Assembly (NCBI GenBank): GCA_947625495.1
Contig: CANQOQ010000002.1
Location: forward strand, 122,306 to 186,305
DNA: 64,000 bases
Direction: 5' to 3'
DNA from: Candidatus Gastranaerophilales bacterium
GTDB lineage: Bacteria > Cyanobacteriota > Vampirovibrionia > Gastranaerophilales > Gastranaerophilaceae
Below the pieces are notes generated by a model. That model was not told the DNA's origin. It saw only the letters and a program-made list of their open reading frames with translations, and ran no database searches. Positions within the stretch are counted from its first letter, which is position 1. Each line of letters starts with the position of its first letter. Shown here in pieces: positions 21,825 through 32,355 of the stretch. The translations under genes and the position numbers were made by a program.

Positions 21825-22229
21825 ATGAAATTGATTTTAAATATTTTTTGTTGGATTTTAGTTGTATTTTGTTTTTATTTTCCTTTTTCGTATTATGATT
21901 CCGAAATGAATAAAAAAGAAGTGAAAATTTCACATATTCTTGTTGATTCAGAACAAAAAGCACAAGAGATAAGACAAAATATTATTGATAAAAAAATTAC
22001 TTTTGAACATGCCGCTTTTATGTATTCTATTGATCCTTCCGCTAAAGATAAAGGTAATATCGGTTATGTCATGAAAGATTTGCTGCGTGATGAATTTAAA
22101 GAAATCGCATTTAAACTCAATAAAGGTCAAGTATCTGAAGTTATTAAATCGGATGACGGCTGGCATATTATTAAAATTACTAATATTAGAAAATTTTCCG
22201 ATAAAAATTCTTTTTCATTTAATCCATAA
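21825..22229 (+). CDS. PpiC/parvulin-type peptidyl-prolyl isomerase with N-terminal anchor
   Basis: ISHILV....A..I, GNIGYV and GWHIIKI motifs. ATG at 21825 follows gagg. Confidence 0.8.
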   Translation: MKLILNIFCWILVVFCFYFPFSYYDSEMNKKEVKISHILVDSEQKAQEIRQNIIDKKITFEHAAFMYSIDPSAKDKGNIGYVMKDLLRDEFKEIAFKLNKGQVSEVIKSDDGWHIIKITNIRKFSDKNSFSFNP

Positions 22230-22303
22230 TTTGAATTTGACTTTTTGTTGAATAAAAAAATTGTTTTATATATAATTTTATTGATAAATTGAGAGGAATA
22301 AAT

Positions 22304-23005
22304 ATGGCAGTAAGAAATCAACTTCCTGAAGGTGTCGGGAAAAAGATAGTTGAAGCATTGAAAAGACAAGCTGAAACTAATATTTCACCTATTGTTGATA
22401 TTGATAATTCAGCATCAAGCAGTGTTCCCTTAAACGATATTCCGGCTGCAGAGGACGTAAATTTTGAAATACCCTCAGAACAAACAGCTGTTGATGATTT
22501 AATAGTTGAAGAATCGCCGATTGTTGACATGAATGTTTCCGATGAGCCTATACATGATGATAATAACATCGAAGTAAAAGAAACTGTCGAAGATGTACCT
22601 ATTGCTCCAAAACAGGTACAATCTTTGAATTTTACCGAAAAAACCGTTATAAAAAAAGATAAACTGCAAAAAGCTACACCTGTTGTCAGCGTTAATATAC
22701 CTTCTAATGTTGCTATTTTGAAAAATCTTATAGCTACATTACCTGCAGGTGTTTCTAAACAAACAGGTGCTCAAATCATCAGGCAGACTCTTGAAGCTAT
22801 GGGGCTTCCTATGAACAGTGTTCTTAAAGAAGCTCAGGAAGTTCAGGAAGAATTAAATACCTCGGTAAGAGAATTTATGTTAAAAATTCAAGAGTATAAA
22901 ACTAATATTTTAAGACTTGAAGAATCAGTTGACGAATACCAGAAAAATGTAGCTCAATTAAATGACCTCGTTAGTTTGTTTTTATTAACTGATAAAAATA
23001 ACTAA
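22304..23005 (+). CDS. hypothetical protein with acidic linker and C-terminal coiled coil
   Basis: ATG at 22304 follows gagagga. No recognisable domain. Confidence 0.55.
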   Translation: MAVRNQLPEGVGKKIVEALKRQAETNISPIVDIDNSASSSVPLNDIPAAEDVNFEIPSEQTAVDDLIVEESPIVDMNVSDEPIHDDNNIEVKETVEDVPIAPKQVQSLNFTEKTVIKKDKLQKATPVVSVNIPSNVAILKNLIATLPAGVSKQTGAQIIRQTLEAMGLPMNSVLKEAQEVQEELNTSVREFMLKIQEYKTNILRLEESVDEYQKNVAQLNDLVSLFLLTDKNN

Positions 23006-23760
23006 ATCTTATGGTTTACTCCGTAGCCAAACAGAGCAAAATCATATTTTACAGGGTCTTTTGAATCAAACATTTTTAAATTATTTGTTAGTTCGATAAC
23101 GCTTTCATAAGCGTTATCGTTCCGTTTTAACAGACCTAATAACCTGCTTATTTTTGCTACATGGGTATCTAATGGAATTAATAATTCAGATTTATCTATA
23201 AATTTCCATATACCTATATCAACTTCACTTTTGCGGACGAACCACCTCAAAAGCATATTTAATCTTTTTAATGCGCTCTTTTTTTCGGGGTTTGGCAGAA
23301 GGTGATAAAATCCTCTTGTTATGTTATTTTTGTCAACTCTTGCATAAAAATAATCAACAGTGCCCTGAAACATATCCCATATCTCTTTTTTATTGCCGTA
23401 TGAGTATTTAAAAAGGCTTTCTAATGTTTCATTCTCTCTGTAAAGCATGTTTAAAATCTTAAATATTTCAATTAAATCGCAGTCTTTCGAGAATCTGTAG
23501 CCGCAATTTTTTATATTGTTGTCATTTTTATCAAATGATTTTACATATTCTAAAATGTTACTGCCGGTTAAATTAAAAATATGATTCAATTTTTCAATAA
23601 AAACTTCTCTTTTCCCGTATGCAAACATAGAGGCAATGAAACCGGCTATTTCAATATCTTCTTTATTTTTGAACCTGTGTACAAATTGTACGGGATCATC
23701 TTTTATAAAATCTTTTGTTTCATATTCAAGTGCATATTTATCAAGTTCTGTTTTTATCAT
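23002..23760 (-). CDS. TIGR02757/DUF2400 family protein
   Basis: DPVQFVHRF...EIAGFIASMFAYGKRE recalls the DUF2400 N-terminus. Recalled from memory. Confidence 0.55.
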   Translation of the reverse strand: MIKTELDKYALEYETKDFIKDDPVQFVHRFKNKEDIEIAGFIASMFAYGKREVFIEKLNHIFNLTGSNILEYVKSFDKNDNNIKNCGYRFSKDCDLIEIFKILNMLYRENETLESLFKYSYGNKKEIWDMFQGTVDYFYARVDKNNITRGFYHLLPNPEKKSALKRLNMLLRWFVRKSEVDIGIWKFIDKSELLIPLDTHVAKISRLLGLLKRNDNAYESVIELTNNLKMFDSKDPVKYDFALFGYGVNHKI

Positions 23761-24191
23761 TATCTTATTTTCTCAAAATAGTCCTTTAATAATTTGGAGC
23801 ATTCTTCTTCAAGAATACCGCCTTTTACTTCTATATTATAACCCATAATACTACGCATGTCTGATTTAGAACCAAATGCACCGTTTAATAAATCATTACA
23901 TCCAAAATAAACGGCTTTTAATCTTGCCTGCAGAATGGCACTTGCACACATCGGGCATGGCTCTAGTGTTACATACATTTCACAGTCATTTAATCTCCAA
24001 TTTTTTAGTTTATGACATGCTCTTTTTATCGCAAGCATTTCTGCATGGTATATTGCGTTTTGCCTTTTTTCACGCTCATTTACCGCCATAGATATTATTT
24101 TATTATTTTTAACTATAATTGCGCCTATCGGAATATCTTTTCCTGATTTTTTTGCTTTTTCTATCGCTTTTTGCATGAATTCAAGCTTCAT
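23760..24191 (-). CDS. tadA: tRNA-specific adenosine deaminase
   Basis: HAEMLAI and PCPMCASAI zinc motifs. ATG at 24191 (MKLEFMQKAIE) preferred over the upstream ORF start. Confidence 0.9.
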   Translation of the reverse strand: MKLEFMQKAIEKAKKSGKDIPIGAIIVKNNKIISMAVNEREKRQNAIYHAEMLAIKRACHKLKNWRLNDCEMYVTLEPCPMCASAILQARLKAVYFGCNDLLNGAFGSKSDMRSIMGYNIEVKGGILEEECSKLLKDYFEKIR

Positions 24192-25893
24192 TATTAATAT
24201 TCTCCGATTCTTTAAATAAAGGTAAAACGATTTTAACTGCAAATCTGTTGTCTGTATATGATTTTAGATGTACACTTCCGTTCATGGCTTCAACAAGTCC
24301 TTTTACTATGTATAAACCAAGCCCTGTTCCTCTTGTTGTTCTTGTTGTTTTATCATCTAATCTTATAAATTTATCAAATAATGTGTTAAGTACATGTTTT
24401 TCAATAAAATCAGCCTGATTTGATATCTTTATTATTGCTCTGTCGTTTTCTGCTGCAGCTTCAATTCTTATAGGAGTATCAGGATATGCATATTTATTGG
24501 CATTGCCTAAAATATTTATTATAACCTGTTCTAATCTGTCCTTATCTGCCAGAATGTCAGGAAAGTCATTTGTTATTTCATTTTCTATCGGTCTTGTTTC
24601 TATATTTTTAACCGAATATATTGAAGCTTCAATAATATTTAATATGTTGACTCTTTCAAGATTTATATTAAGTTTAGCCCCTTCAATATCTGGAATAACA
24701 AGCAGGTCTTCTATCATCCTCGACAGTCTTTCTGATTGCTGTTTTATTATAAGTAGTGATTTATGTTTTGTTTCTTCGTCAATTTCTATATCCGTTCTCA
24801 ATAATCTTGAAGTATATCCTCTTATACTTGTTAAAGGTGTTCTTAATTCGTGGCTTACCGTATCTACAAGGTTTGAACGGAAATTATCTAATTGTTTTAA
24901 TTCTTTATTTTTTTGTTTTAGTTTTTTATATGATTCATTTATTTCGTTGACCATTTTATTAAACTCATCTGCAAGAAATATTATTTCTCTGGGTGTGAAT
25001 ATGTTTGTTAAAAGAGATATCTGTCTTTTATAGTTTCCTTTTGATATTGCTATTATTCCTTTAAATAGCTGCCTTATGTTGATATAGAGGTAGTATGTAT
25101 ATAAAAGAGTTAATAAAATAGTAATAGCAGCAGCAATCAGAAAAGAGAGAAGAATTTTTATTCTTGCTTTGTTGATTGTGGATTTTGTCAATGCTTCCGT
25201 AGTATTTACTATAATGATAAGATTGACATTATCCATTTTTAAATAGACTCTTGGTTGATTTTTAATTTCTTCAAACCTTGTTGCTATATTATTTACTAAA
25301 TTTACCGGTAATTGTTTTATACAATCATTAAAATCGGTTTCATCATAGTTATGTGAAAAAATTAAATTGCCTGATTTATCAACTACATATATTCTTCTGC
25401 CTTTTTCTTCCGATATATTATTAAAGATATTATCTTTAATTACTTTAGTATTAACTTCAGCTTTTAAATATTTATCATCGTGGATTTTTTTTATAAGCCA
25501 CAATTGTTCATTTTCGGGATTATATTCAAGATTCTGCTCGGCTTCAAAATTCTTTTGCTCTGAGGGATGAATTATCTCAAAATCTTTAAAAACATTTGAA
25601 TTAATGGCTATATCTTTTAACATTAAATTTTGAGCAGATTCTGTTTTTATATGCTTTAGTGAAATTACAATTTCATTCAGCCTGTTTTGGTCGGAATTAA
25701 TTAAAGAAAAAATATTATTTTCAATAATTCTGGCAAACATTTGTGCCGAATATCCGAGTTCTTTTCTTATAGAATGCTGGCTTACATTATTTATTACAAC
25801 CCAAGCGATAACGGAAGGAACTAAAACTCCTATAAGAGAAATTATTATAATTTGTTCAACTATTTTTAATCTTTTTCTAAACATCTTCACCAA
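24181..25893 (-). CDS. sensor histidine kinase (HAMP-HisKA-HATPase)
   Basis: Two TM segments, H-box VSHELRTPLTSI, N/G boxes (GNANKY, GTGLGLYIV). Confidence 0.9.
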   Translation of the reverse strand: MVKMFRKRLKIVEQIIIISLIGVLVPSVIAWVVINNVSQHSIRKELGYSAQMFARIIENNIFSLINSDQNRLNEIVISLKHIKTESAQNLMLKDIAINSNVFKDFEIIHPSEQKNFEAEQNLEYNPENEQLWLIKKIHDDKYLKAEVNTKVIKDNIFNNISEEKGRRIYVVDKSGNLIFSHNYDETDFNDCIKQLPVNLVNNIATRFEEIKNQPRVYLKMDNVNLIIIVNTTEALTKSTINKARIKILLSFLIAAAITILLTLLYTYYLYINIRQLFKGIIAISKGNYKRQISLLTNIFTPREIIFLADEFNKMVNEINESYKKLKQKNKELKQLDNFRSNLVDTVSHELRTPLTSIRGYTSRLLRTDIEIDEETKHKSLLIIKQQSERLSRMIEDLLVIPDIEGAKLNINLERVNILNIIEASIYSVKNIETRPIENEITNDFPDILADKDRLEQVIINILGNANKYAYPDTPIRIEAAAENDRAIIKISNQADFIEKHVLNTLFDKFIRLDDKTTRTTRGTGLGLYIVKGLVEAMNGSVHLKSYTDNRFAVKIVLPLFKESENINNEA

Positions 25894-26584
25894 ACGGAGT
25901 TAATTTGTATCCTACGTTATTTACGGTATGAAGGTAATCAGGCATTTTAGGATTATCTTCAATCTTTTGTCTTAACCCGCCCACATGGACTCTAAGCATT
26001 CTGACATCGTCATCCGAGTTATATCCCCATACTTCATCGAGTAGTACGGCAAGGGTTACCGCATTATTAAAATGCTGTATAAGGCAGTATAATATCTCAA
26101 ATTCCGTAGGAGTAAGTTTTATGCGCTTCCCTTTTATTTCTGTTTCAAGTGAATCGGGGAATAATTCAATATCTCCGATTTTTAATATTTCTTGTGCCTT
26201 TGTTTGCGCCTTATCATTATGATTTCTTCTTACAAGCGCCCTTACTCTTAATAAGACTTCCTGTATATCAAAAGGTTTTACTATATAATCATCCGCACCC
26301 GAGTCAAAACCTTGCGTTTTATCGTTTATTGTACCTTTAGCAGTGAGCATTAGTATCGGAATTTCCGGTTTTGAGTTTCTTATGTGTTTACAAACCTCGA
26401 ATCCGTTCATTTTTGGCATCATAACATCAAGCAGAATTAAATCATAATTGTTTTTTAATGCTTTTTGAAGTGCTTCTTCCCCGTCTTTTGCGCTTTCAAC
26501 TTCATATCCGCTGTGAGATAAATCAAACTCCAGAAGCTCTCTGATTTCGTTATCATCATCTGCTATTAATAATTTTTGTGACAC
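25877..26584 (-). CDS. OmpR-family response regulator
   Basis: DLILLDVMMP receiver motifs and a winged-helix C-terminus (VHVGGLRQKIE...VGYKL). Confidence 0.93.
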   Translation of the reverse strand: MSQKLLIADDDNEIRELLEFDLSHSGYEVESAKDGEEALQKALKNNYDLILLDVMMPKMNGFEVCKHIRNSKPEIPILMLTAKGTINDKTQGFDSGADDYIVKPFDIQEVLLRVRALVRRNHNDKAQTKAQEILKIGDIELFPDSLETEIKGKRIKLTPTEFEILYCLIQHFNNAVTLAVLLDEVWGYNSDDDVRMLRVHVGGLRQKIEDNPKMPDYLHTVNNVGYKLTPFGEDV

Positions 26585-26593
26585 AATAAACCC

Positions 26594-27898
26594 TCATAAC
26601 TTTTTATTATTATTGCATATAATATTATATTCATCAATAATATTATCGGCAGGTACTCTTTTGTTATTTATGTACTCAAAAACAGGTTCAAGGTACTTTT
26701 CTTCCTCTTCATTATTTTGTTTTAGGCTTAAATAAGAAATATCAAACATTTCTTTAACTAAATCAATTACTTTATGAAATCCTATTTTAGCTTCAATAGC
26801 TTTTATAGGTGATTCTTCTCGGAGTTTTATAAAATCTTCGTAGCCGTATTTTGATAATATTTTTTCACATTCCTCAATTGCACTATCTGAATACATTATG
26901 CCTTTCCAAAAAGCGGGAACAGACATTGTCATTTGAGAATTTTGCGCATCGTGGTTTCTTATTTCAACATAACTTTTTAATCTTACGTCGGGGAAATAAA
27001 GACTTATATGGTTATACCAGTCTGAAATTTCAGCTTTTAAACCGTTATAACCGTTTTCCATAAATTCTTTAAATGTTTGCGAGCAGCCGAAATATGTATT
27101 CCCTCTTTGAATAAAAATCATAGGAACATTGAGCAAAATATCTACGTAGTTATTAAATGTAAAATCTTGATTTTTTTCAAACAGTTTTCTGCTTATATAA
27201 CCGCACCTGTCTTCATCGACATTAAGCCATGAATTAGCTCTGAATGACTTATATCCTGTTAACTTGGAATCTCTTACGGGTGAATTTGCGTAAATGGCGC
27301 TTATTATCGGGCTCATTTTTAAAGCCAGAGATAACTTCCTTACGGCATCTTGTTCATTTTTGTAGTCAAAGTTAGCCTGAATACCTGCCGTTTCTCTCAT
27401 CATTACAAAGGGAGTCAATTCTTTTGTCGGGAGGTATTTTGTCATATATTCATAACGCTTTTTAGGTATTACATCAATGTTATCAAAGGTAGATACAGGC
27501 TGAATCCCCGTATTTAATACCATTGCATTAACATTTTCGGCATAATCGGATAAATTATTATAAAATTCATTTAATTTATCTGAAATGGTTTTGATATCTT
27601 TAAAGGGAAAAAGACTTAGTTCAACTTGGCTTCCCGGTTCAAGAGATATTACCCCGAAGCTGCTCTTTAGCCCCGTTAAATTATCTTCTTCATAGACTTT
27701 TTGCCAGATATTTGTGTCAAAACAGTATAAAATTTTTACCACATCTTCATATTTAACGGCTTTTTGGCTGTCTTTATATATAAGAAGCTTCTCTGATTCC
27801 ACCCCGATTTTTTGTTCTTCTTTACAGCCGGAGAAAAAAATCCCGGAAAGCTCGTTATAATTTAATGTAGAAATCTTATCATTATCTTGCAGCAGCAT
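26594..27898 (-). CDS. gshA: glutamate-cysteine ligase, GCS2 (plant/cyanobacterial) type
   Basis: 434 aa; GVESEKL, EPGSQVELS and VEIRNHD-like motifs; adjacent to gshB. Confidence 0.75.
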   Translation of the reverse strand: MLLQDNDKISTLNYNELSGIFFSGCKEEQKIGVESEKLLIYKDSQKAVKYEDVVKILYCFDTNIWQKVYEEDNLTGLKSSFGVISLEPGSQVELSLFPFKDIKTISDKLNEFYNNLSDYAENVNAMVLNTGIQPVSTFDNIDVIPKKRYEYMTKYLPTKELTPFVMMRETAGIQANFDYKNEQDAVRKLSLALKMSPIISAIYANSPVRDSKLTGYKSFRANSWLNVDEDRCGYISRKLFEKNQDFTFNNYVDILLNVPMIFIQRGNTYFGCSQTFKEFMENGYNGLKAEISDWYNHISLYFPDVRLKSYVEIRNHDAQNSQMTMSVPAFWKGIMYSDSAIEECEKILSKYGYEDFIKLREESPIKAIEAKIGFHKVIDLVKEMFDISYLSLKQNNEEEEKYLEPVFEYINNKRVPADNIIDEYNIICNNNKKL

Positions 27899-28874
27899 AT
27901 ATTCTTTCTTTTGTAAAATGTTTATTGATAATGTTTTCTAAACAAGCCATTATTTTATCTTCAAATTTAATACCGTAGTTTTGGTTAATTTCTCTTATAA
28001 AATAGCAAGGGCTTGTCACATTTATTTCAATAGCTTTTTCTTTTATAACATCAAGTCCTATGAGATAAATTCCCCTTTCAGACAATTGAGAAGCGATATG
28101 TTGAGCCATAATTTTTTCATTTTCGCTTAATTTAGCAGGTTTAAAGTATTTATCACTGTGGATAGAAAATTTAAAATTATGGTCGCCGGGGAGTTTTTGA
28201 ATACATTCATCAAGTACCGTATCACCTATAATTAATACACGTTTATCCCCTTCTTTAGCCTCAGGCAGGTATTCCTGCACCATTACCTGAACTTTACCTT
28301 CCTCCGTCATATTATTAATTATGGTTAAGAGGTTATTGTCATTTCTGTTTAAATAGTAAACTCCGCTTCCGAAACATCTGTTTAACGGCTTTAAAATAGC
28401 TTCTTTTTTTTCTTCGACATAATTCATTATAAGTTCAACCGAGCTTGTAACAATGTTATCGGGTACAAATTCGGGGAAATAATTTATATGTAATTTCTCA
28501 TTAAAGTTTTTAACTTCAACGGGATCATTAATAAGAAGCGTTTTTTCTCTGTCTACAAAGTTAAAAACGTAGCAGGCATTTATATAATTAATGTTAACGG
28601 GAGGGTCTGACCTAAAAAATACAACGTCAAAATCATTAATTAAATTTTTCTCGGGTCCTTTATTATAAAATATATTGTCTTCTTTTAAATATGATTGTCT
28701 TGAAAATACGCTTCCTTTTGCATTTTCAATAAATAAATCAGTTTTAACAGCAACCGATACTTCATAATTCCGTTTTAAAAATTCTCTAATCAGCCAAAAA
28801 TCGGTTATTAAATCATTAAATTCAAAATATTTTAATTCAAGTTCATCTATTATAAATAACAATTTTTTCGGCAT
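27882..28874 (-). CDS. gshB: glutathione synthetase (ATP-grasp)
   Basis: RSDPP, NEKL, ILKPLN..GSG, GDKRVL and EINVTSP motifs. Confidence 0.8.
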   Translation of the reverse strand: MPKKLLFIIDELELKYFEFNDLITDFWLIREFLKRNYEVSVAVKTDLFIENAKGSVFSRQSYLKEDNIFYNKGPEKNLINDFDVVFFRSDPPVNINYINACYVFNFVDREKTLLINDPVEVKNFNEKLHINYFPEFVPDNIVTSSVELIMNYVEEKKEAILKPLNRCFGSGVYYLNRNDNNLLTIINNMTEEGKVQVMVQEYLPEAKEGDKRVLIIGDTVLDECIQKLPGDHNFKFSIHSDKYFKPAKLSENEKIMAQHIASQLSERGIYLIGLDVIKEKAIEINVTSPCYFIREINQNYGIKFEDKIMACLENIINKHFTKERIYAAAR

Positions 28875-28897
28875 AAAAACCTCTTTATTAAATTAAA

Positions 28898-30286
28898 TTA
28901 AATTTTCCCCGTTATCCAGGCAAATATATCGTTATAAACAATTAATATCATTAATGCAATTAAAAGATAGAAGAAGAAATTGCTTAATTTCTCAATAAAT
29001 GTTTTGCTGACGGGTTTACCCGTAACCTTTTCGATGATTAAGAACAAAAGGTGTCCGCCGTCTAATGCGGGAATTGGCAATATATTAATTAATGCAAGGT
29101 TTAAAGATATCATTGCCGTAAGCAAAATGCCTTGGAATATGCCTTTATAAGCAATAATTTCAGTACCTATTTTTGTAATGGCTATAATACCGTTCATTTC
29201 GCTCATCGGAATTTTGCCCGTAAAAAGCTTGCCAAGACTGTATACCATTAGCCACATTGTATTATTAACATAATCAAAAGTGGATTTTACACATTGCTTT
29301 ATTGTTTTTGTTTGTGTATAGTTTTCGCTGTAGCTTTGTTCAATCCCTAAAAGCCCGTCTTTATTCGGGTATACATCAGGCAATTGAATTTCTTCATTTC
29401 CTCTTTTTACGACTATAGAAACAGGTTTTTTGGTATCTGATACTGCCATTGCCAAATCTTTTAAAGAAACGGCTTTTTCTGTTTTGTATGTTTTTGAATA
29501 ATTAATTTTATCTCTTAAATCTCTTTGTGAATCCGTTAATGCGATTTCATCAGATTTAAATTTTTCAAGTCCTACAATATTGTCAAAGGTTAATTTAACG
29601 GGTGCTTCATCCTTAAATTCGGGAAGTTTTACTACCGTTCCTTCTTTTATCAGTTCGTTTTCATTGAGTTTTGGGTTTAATTTTTTCAGTTCGTCAAGCT
29701 TCGACGTAAATATTTTTTCATCAACAAAACCGTCAAACTCTTTTGACATATTAAAAAATTTATTTACGGCAACAGGATAATCAACCTTTAAACCGTTTAT
29801 TGAATAGATAATATCACCTTTTTCAATCCCTGAATTCTTAATTGATTCAACGGCAGATGAAGCAAATCTTTCAAAACGAACCGTATAGGTATTATCAGGG
29901 AGATGTTTCCACAAAAGTCCTGTCATAAATATTAAGACATAAGCTAAAATAATATTGCAAATTACACCTGCCGAAATAACAAGAGCTCTTTGACCGACCG
30001 ATTTATTAGAAAATCTTAAGGGTGAATCCTTAGCTAGGTCGCAATCTTCTTCATCATCAGGGAATGAAACATAACCACCAAGTAAAAAGGCGTGTATTAA
30101 TATTTCCGTTTCTCCGACTTTTCTTTTAAATAAAGTAGGCCCGACAGGCAATCCGAATCCGAATTTATCTACCCTTATTCCCACTAATTTTGCTGCCAGA
30201 AAATGCCCCGCTTCATGGACTAATATCAATAAACTTATAAGTAATATCATTATTATTGAGCTTGTCAGCATGTGTAAAAAATTCAT
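28898..30286 (-). CDS. rseP: RIP metalloprotease RseP (site-2 protease, M50)
   Basis: HEAGHFLAAK, PDZ region, and C-terminal NILPIPALDGGHL. Confidence 0.88.
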   Translation of the reverse strand: MNFLHMLTSSIIMILLISLLILVHEAGHFLAAKLVGIRVDKFGFGLPVGPTLFKRKVGETEILIHAFLLGGYVSFPDDEEDCDLAKDSPLRFSNKSVGQRALVISAGVICNIILAYVLIFMTGLLWKHLPDNTYTVRFERFASSAVESIKNSGIEKGDIIYSINGLKVDYPVAVNKFFNMSKEFDGFVDEKIFTSKLDELKKLNPKLNENELIKEGTVVKLPEFKDEAPVKLTFDNIVGLEKFKSDEIALTDSQRDLRDKINYSKTYKTEKAVSLKDLAMAVSDTKKPVSIVVKRGNEEIQLPDVYPNKDGLLGIEQSYSENYTQTKTIKQCVKSTFDYVNNTMWLMVYSLGKLFTGKIPMSEMNGIIAITKIGTEIIAYKGIFQGILLTAMISLNLALINILPIPALDGGHLLFLIIEKVTGKPVSKTFIEKLSNFFFYLLIALMILIVYNDIFAWITGKI

Positions 30287-30314
30287 TTTAAAAATCTCTT
30301 TTATCTAATATAAT

Positions 30315-30980
30315 TTGTATTATATGATAAAGTTTTTTGAAAAACTACTTAATTTAATTTATATTCAACCTTGTTATTTTTGTAAATCTTCAAAAGAAGA
30401 TACCTTGTTGTGTTCAAAATGTCATGATAAGATTCATTTTCTCCCTTTGCGTGAATTAAGAAATGAAAACGGCGTAAAAATATACTCTGCCTGCCTTTAT
30501 GACGGAATTATAAAAACTTTAATAAGAGATTTTAAATATCATAATAAAAAAAATCTTGCTTCCGTTATGGCTCAATTAATGTCTGAATACTGGCAAAAAC
30601 TTAATATAAAAGATGATTTTTTATTAATTCCAGTTCCTATTCATAAATCAAGACTTAAACAGAGAAAATATAATCACATGGATATAGCGGTAAAAGAATT
30701 TTCTCTTTTAACAAGTTATAAATATAATACTGATTTTTTGATAAGAATAAAAGATACGCAAAACCAGTATAAACTCAACAGAAAAGAACGTATTGAAAAC
30801 TTAAGAAATGCTTTTGACATTGATGAGACAAAAATGCCCGACTTAGAAACTCCAATATTAATAACGGATGATATAACATCAACAGGCGCAACCTTAAATG
30901 AGATTATAAAACTCTTAAAATCAAAAGGGTATAAAAATATAACGGCATTTACCCTTTCAACTCCGGATATTTGGAATTAA
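30315..30980 (+). CDS. comF: ComF family phosphoribosyltransferase-like protein
   Basis: N-terminal CxxC...C..C zinc finger, R..NL..AF, and C-terminal ILITDDITSTGATL PRT motif. Confidence 0.8.
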   Translation: MYYMIKFFEKLLNLIYIQPCYFCKSSKEDTLLCSKCHDKIHFLPLRELRNENGVKIYSACLYDGIIKTLIRDFKYHNKKNLASVMAQLMSEYWQKLNIKDDFLLIPVPIHKSRLKQRKYNHMDIAVKEFSLLTSYKYNTDFLIRIKDTQNQYKLNRKERIENLRNAFDIDETKMPDLETPILITDDITSTGATLNEIIKLLKSKGYKNITAFTLSTPDIWN

Positions 30981-32269
30981 ATATCAAATCTTTTATAAAT
31001 TTCATTTATGTTTTTTAAATAATCGTCAATGTTAAAACACGATTTTATTTCTTCCGAAGACAGTTTTGATGTTACATCTTTATCGTTTAAAAGATTATCA
31101 ATAAAGCTTTTATTGTTATTGAAGGCGTCAAGTGCATTTCTTTGAACTATTTTATAAGCATCTTCTCTAAGCATTCCTTTTGCGCATAATTTTAATAAAA
31201 CTTTTTGCGAAAATACAATTCCGCCGAAAAGATTTGTATTTTTAAGCATATTATCCTTGTGGACAACGAGGGTTTTTATGGTTTTTTCAAGTCTTGAGAG
31301 CATATAATCAATAAGCACGGATGAATCAGGGAATATAATTCTTTCAACACTACTGTGAGATATATCTCTTTCATGCCAGAGCGGAATATTCTCCATTGCG
31401 GCAATAGAGTTAGCTCTTACAACTCTTGCGAGTCCCGATAAATTTTCGCCCGAAATGGGGTTCTTTTTATGCGGCATAGCGGATGAGCCTTTTTGCGAAG
31501 ATGTAAAACCTTCTTCAACCTCAAGCACTTCTGTCCTTTGTAAGTGTCTTAGTTCAACTGCAACTTGTTCAACGCAGGAAGCTATAAGCGCCAATGCCTG
31601 AATATATTGAGCGTGAATATCTCTTGCAATAACCTGAGTCGAAAATTTAGCAGGTTTTAACCCTAAAATATCGCATGCCAGCTGTTCAACTTTAGGACTT
31701 ATATTGCTGTATGTTCCGACAGGCCCTGAAATTTGACCCACATTAGCTTCCGACAGTGCTTTTTCAAAGTTTCTTTTATTTCTTTCAAATAAATCAATCC
31801 AGCCGCAAAGTTTTACCCCGAATGTTATAGGCTCTGCATGTACACCGTGAGAACGTCCTATACATACGGTATTTTTATGCTCTTTAGCTTTTTCTTTTAT
31901 TGTTTTTATTAAATTGTCGATATCATCAAGGATAATTTTTCCCGCAGCTTTCATTTGAAGCGCAAGAGCAGTATCAATGACATCGGAGCTTGTCATTCCC
32001 ATGTGGATATATCTTGAATTTTCGCCTACATTTTCATTAACGTTTGTTAAAAATGCAATAACGTCGTGATGAACCTGACTTTCAATCTCGTCGATTCTTT
32101 CTACGGAAAAGGAAGCCTTATTTATGATATCATTTAAAACTTCGTCACTTATTTCACCAAGCTTATTATAAGCTTTTACAACGGCAAGTTCTACATCAAG
32201 ATAGTATTTAAACTTGGTTTCAATATCCCAAATTTTTTTCATTTTTTCTCTTGAATATCTCTCAATCAT
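30977..32269 (-). CDS. purB: adenylosuccinate lyase
   Basis: MIERYSREKM start, SSAMPHKKNP signature. The upstream 18 codons of the ORF are judged non-coding. Confidence 0.95.
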   Translation of the reverse strand: MIERYSREKMKKIWDIETKFKYYLDVELAVVKAYNKLGEISDEVLNDIINKASFSVERIDEIESQVHHDVIAFLTNVNENVGENSRYIHMGMTSSDVIDTALALQMKAAGKIILDDIDNLIKTIKEKAKEHKNTVCIGRSHGVHAEPITFGVKLCGWIDLFERNKRNFEKALSEANVGQISGPVGTYSNISPKVEQLACDILGLKPAKFSTQVIARDIHAQYIQALALIASCVEQVAVELRHLQRTEVLEVEEGFTSSQKGSSAMPHKKNPISGENLSGLARVVRANSIAAMENIPLWHERDISHSSVERIIFPDSSVLIDYMLSRLEKTIKTLVVHKDNMLKNTNLFGGIVFSQKVLLKLCAKGMLREDAYKIVQRNALDAFNNNKSFIDNLLNDKDVTSKLSSEEIKSCFNIDDYLKNINEIYKRFDI

Positions 32270-32355
32270 TATTACTTCCTTTTTTAACTTTTTTATTTTA
32301 CAATAACTCCATACAGAGTTCAAGGAATGGAAATAACGCTAAGGAGAGTATAAAG

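Noticed and set aside
32251-32355. N-terminal extensions given by the longest-ORF rule for leuA. The same issue applies to purB, murD, ftsW, murF, tadA, the PpiC gene, and the 60252 and 62230 genes.
   Set aside because: Internal ATGs have Shine-Dalgarno sequences, restore the canonical N-termini or signal peptides, and remove overlaps with neighbouring genes.
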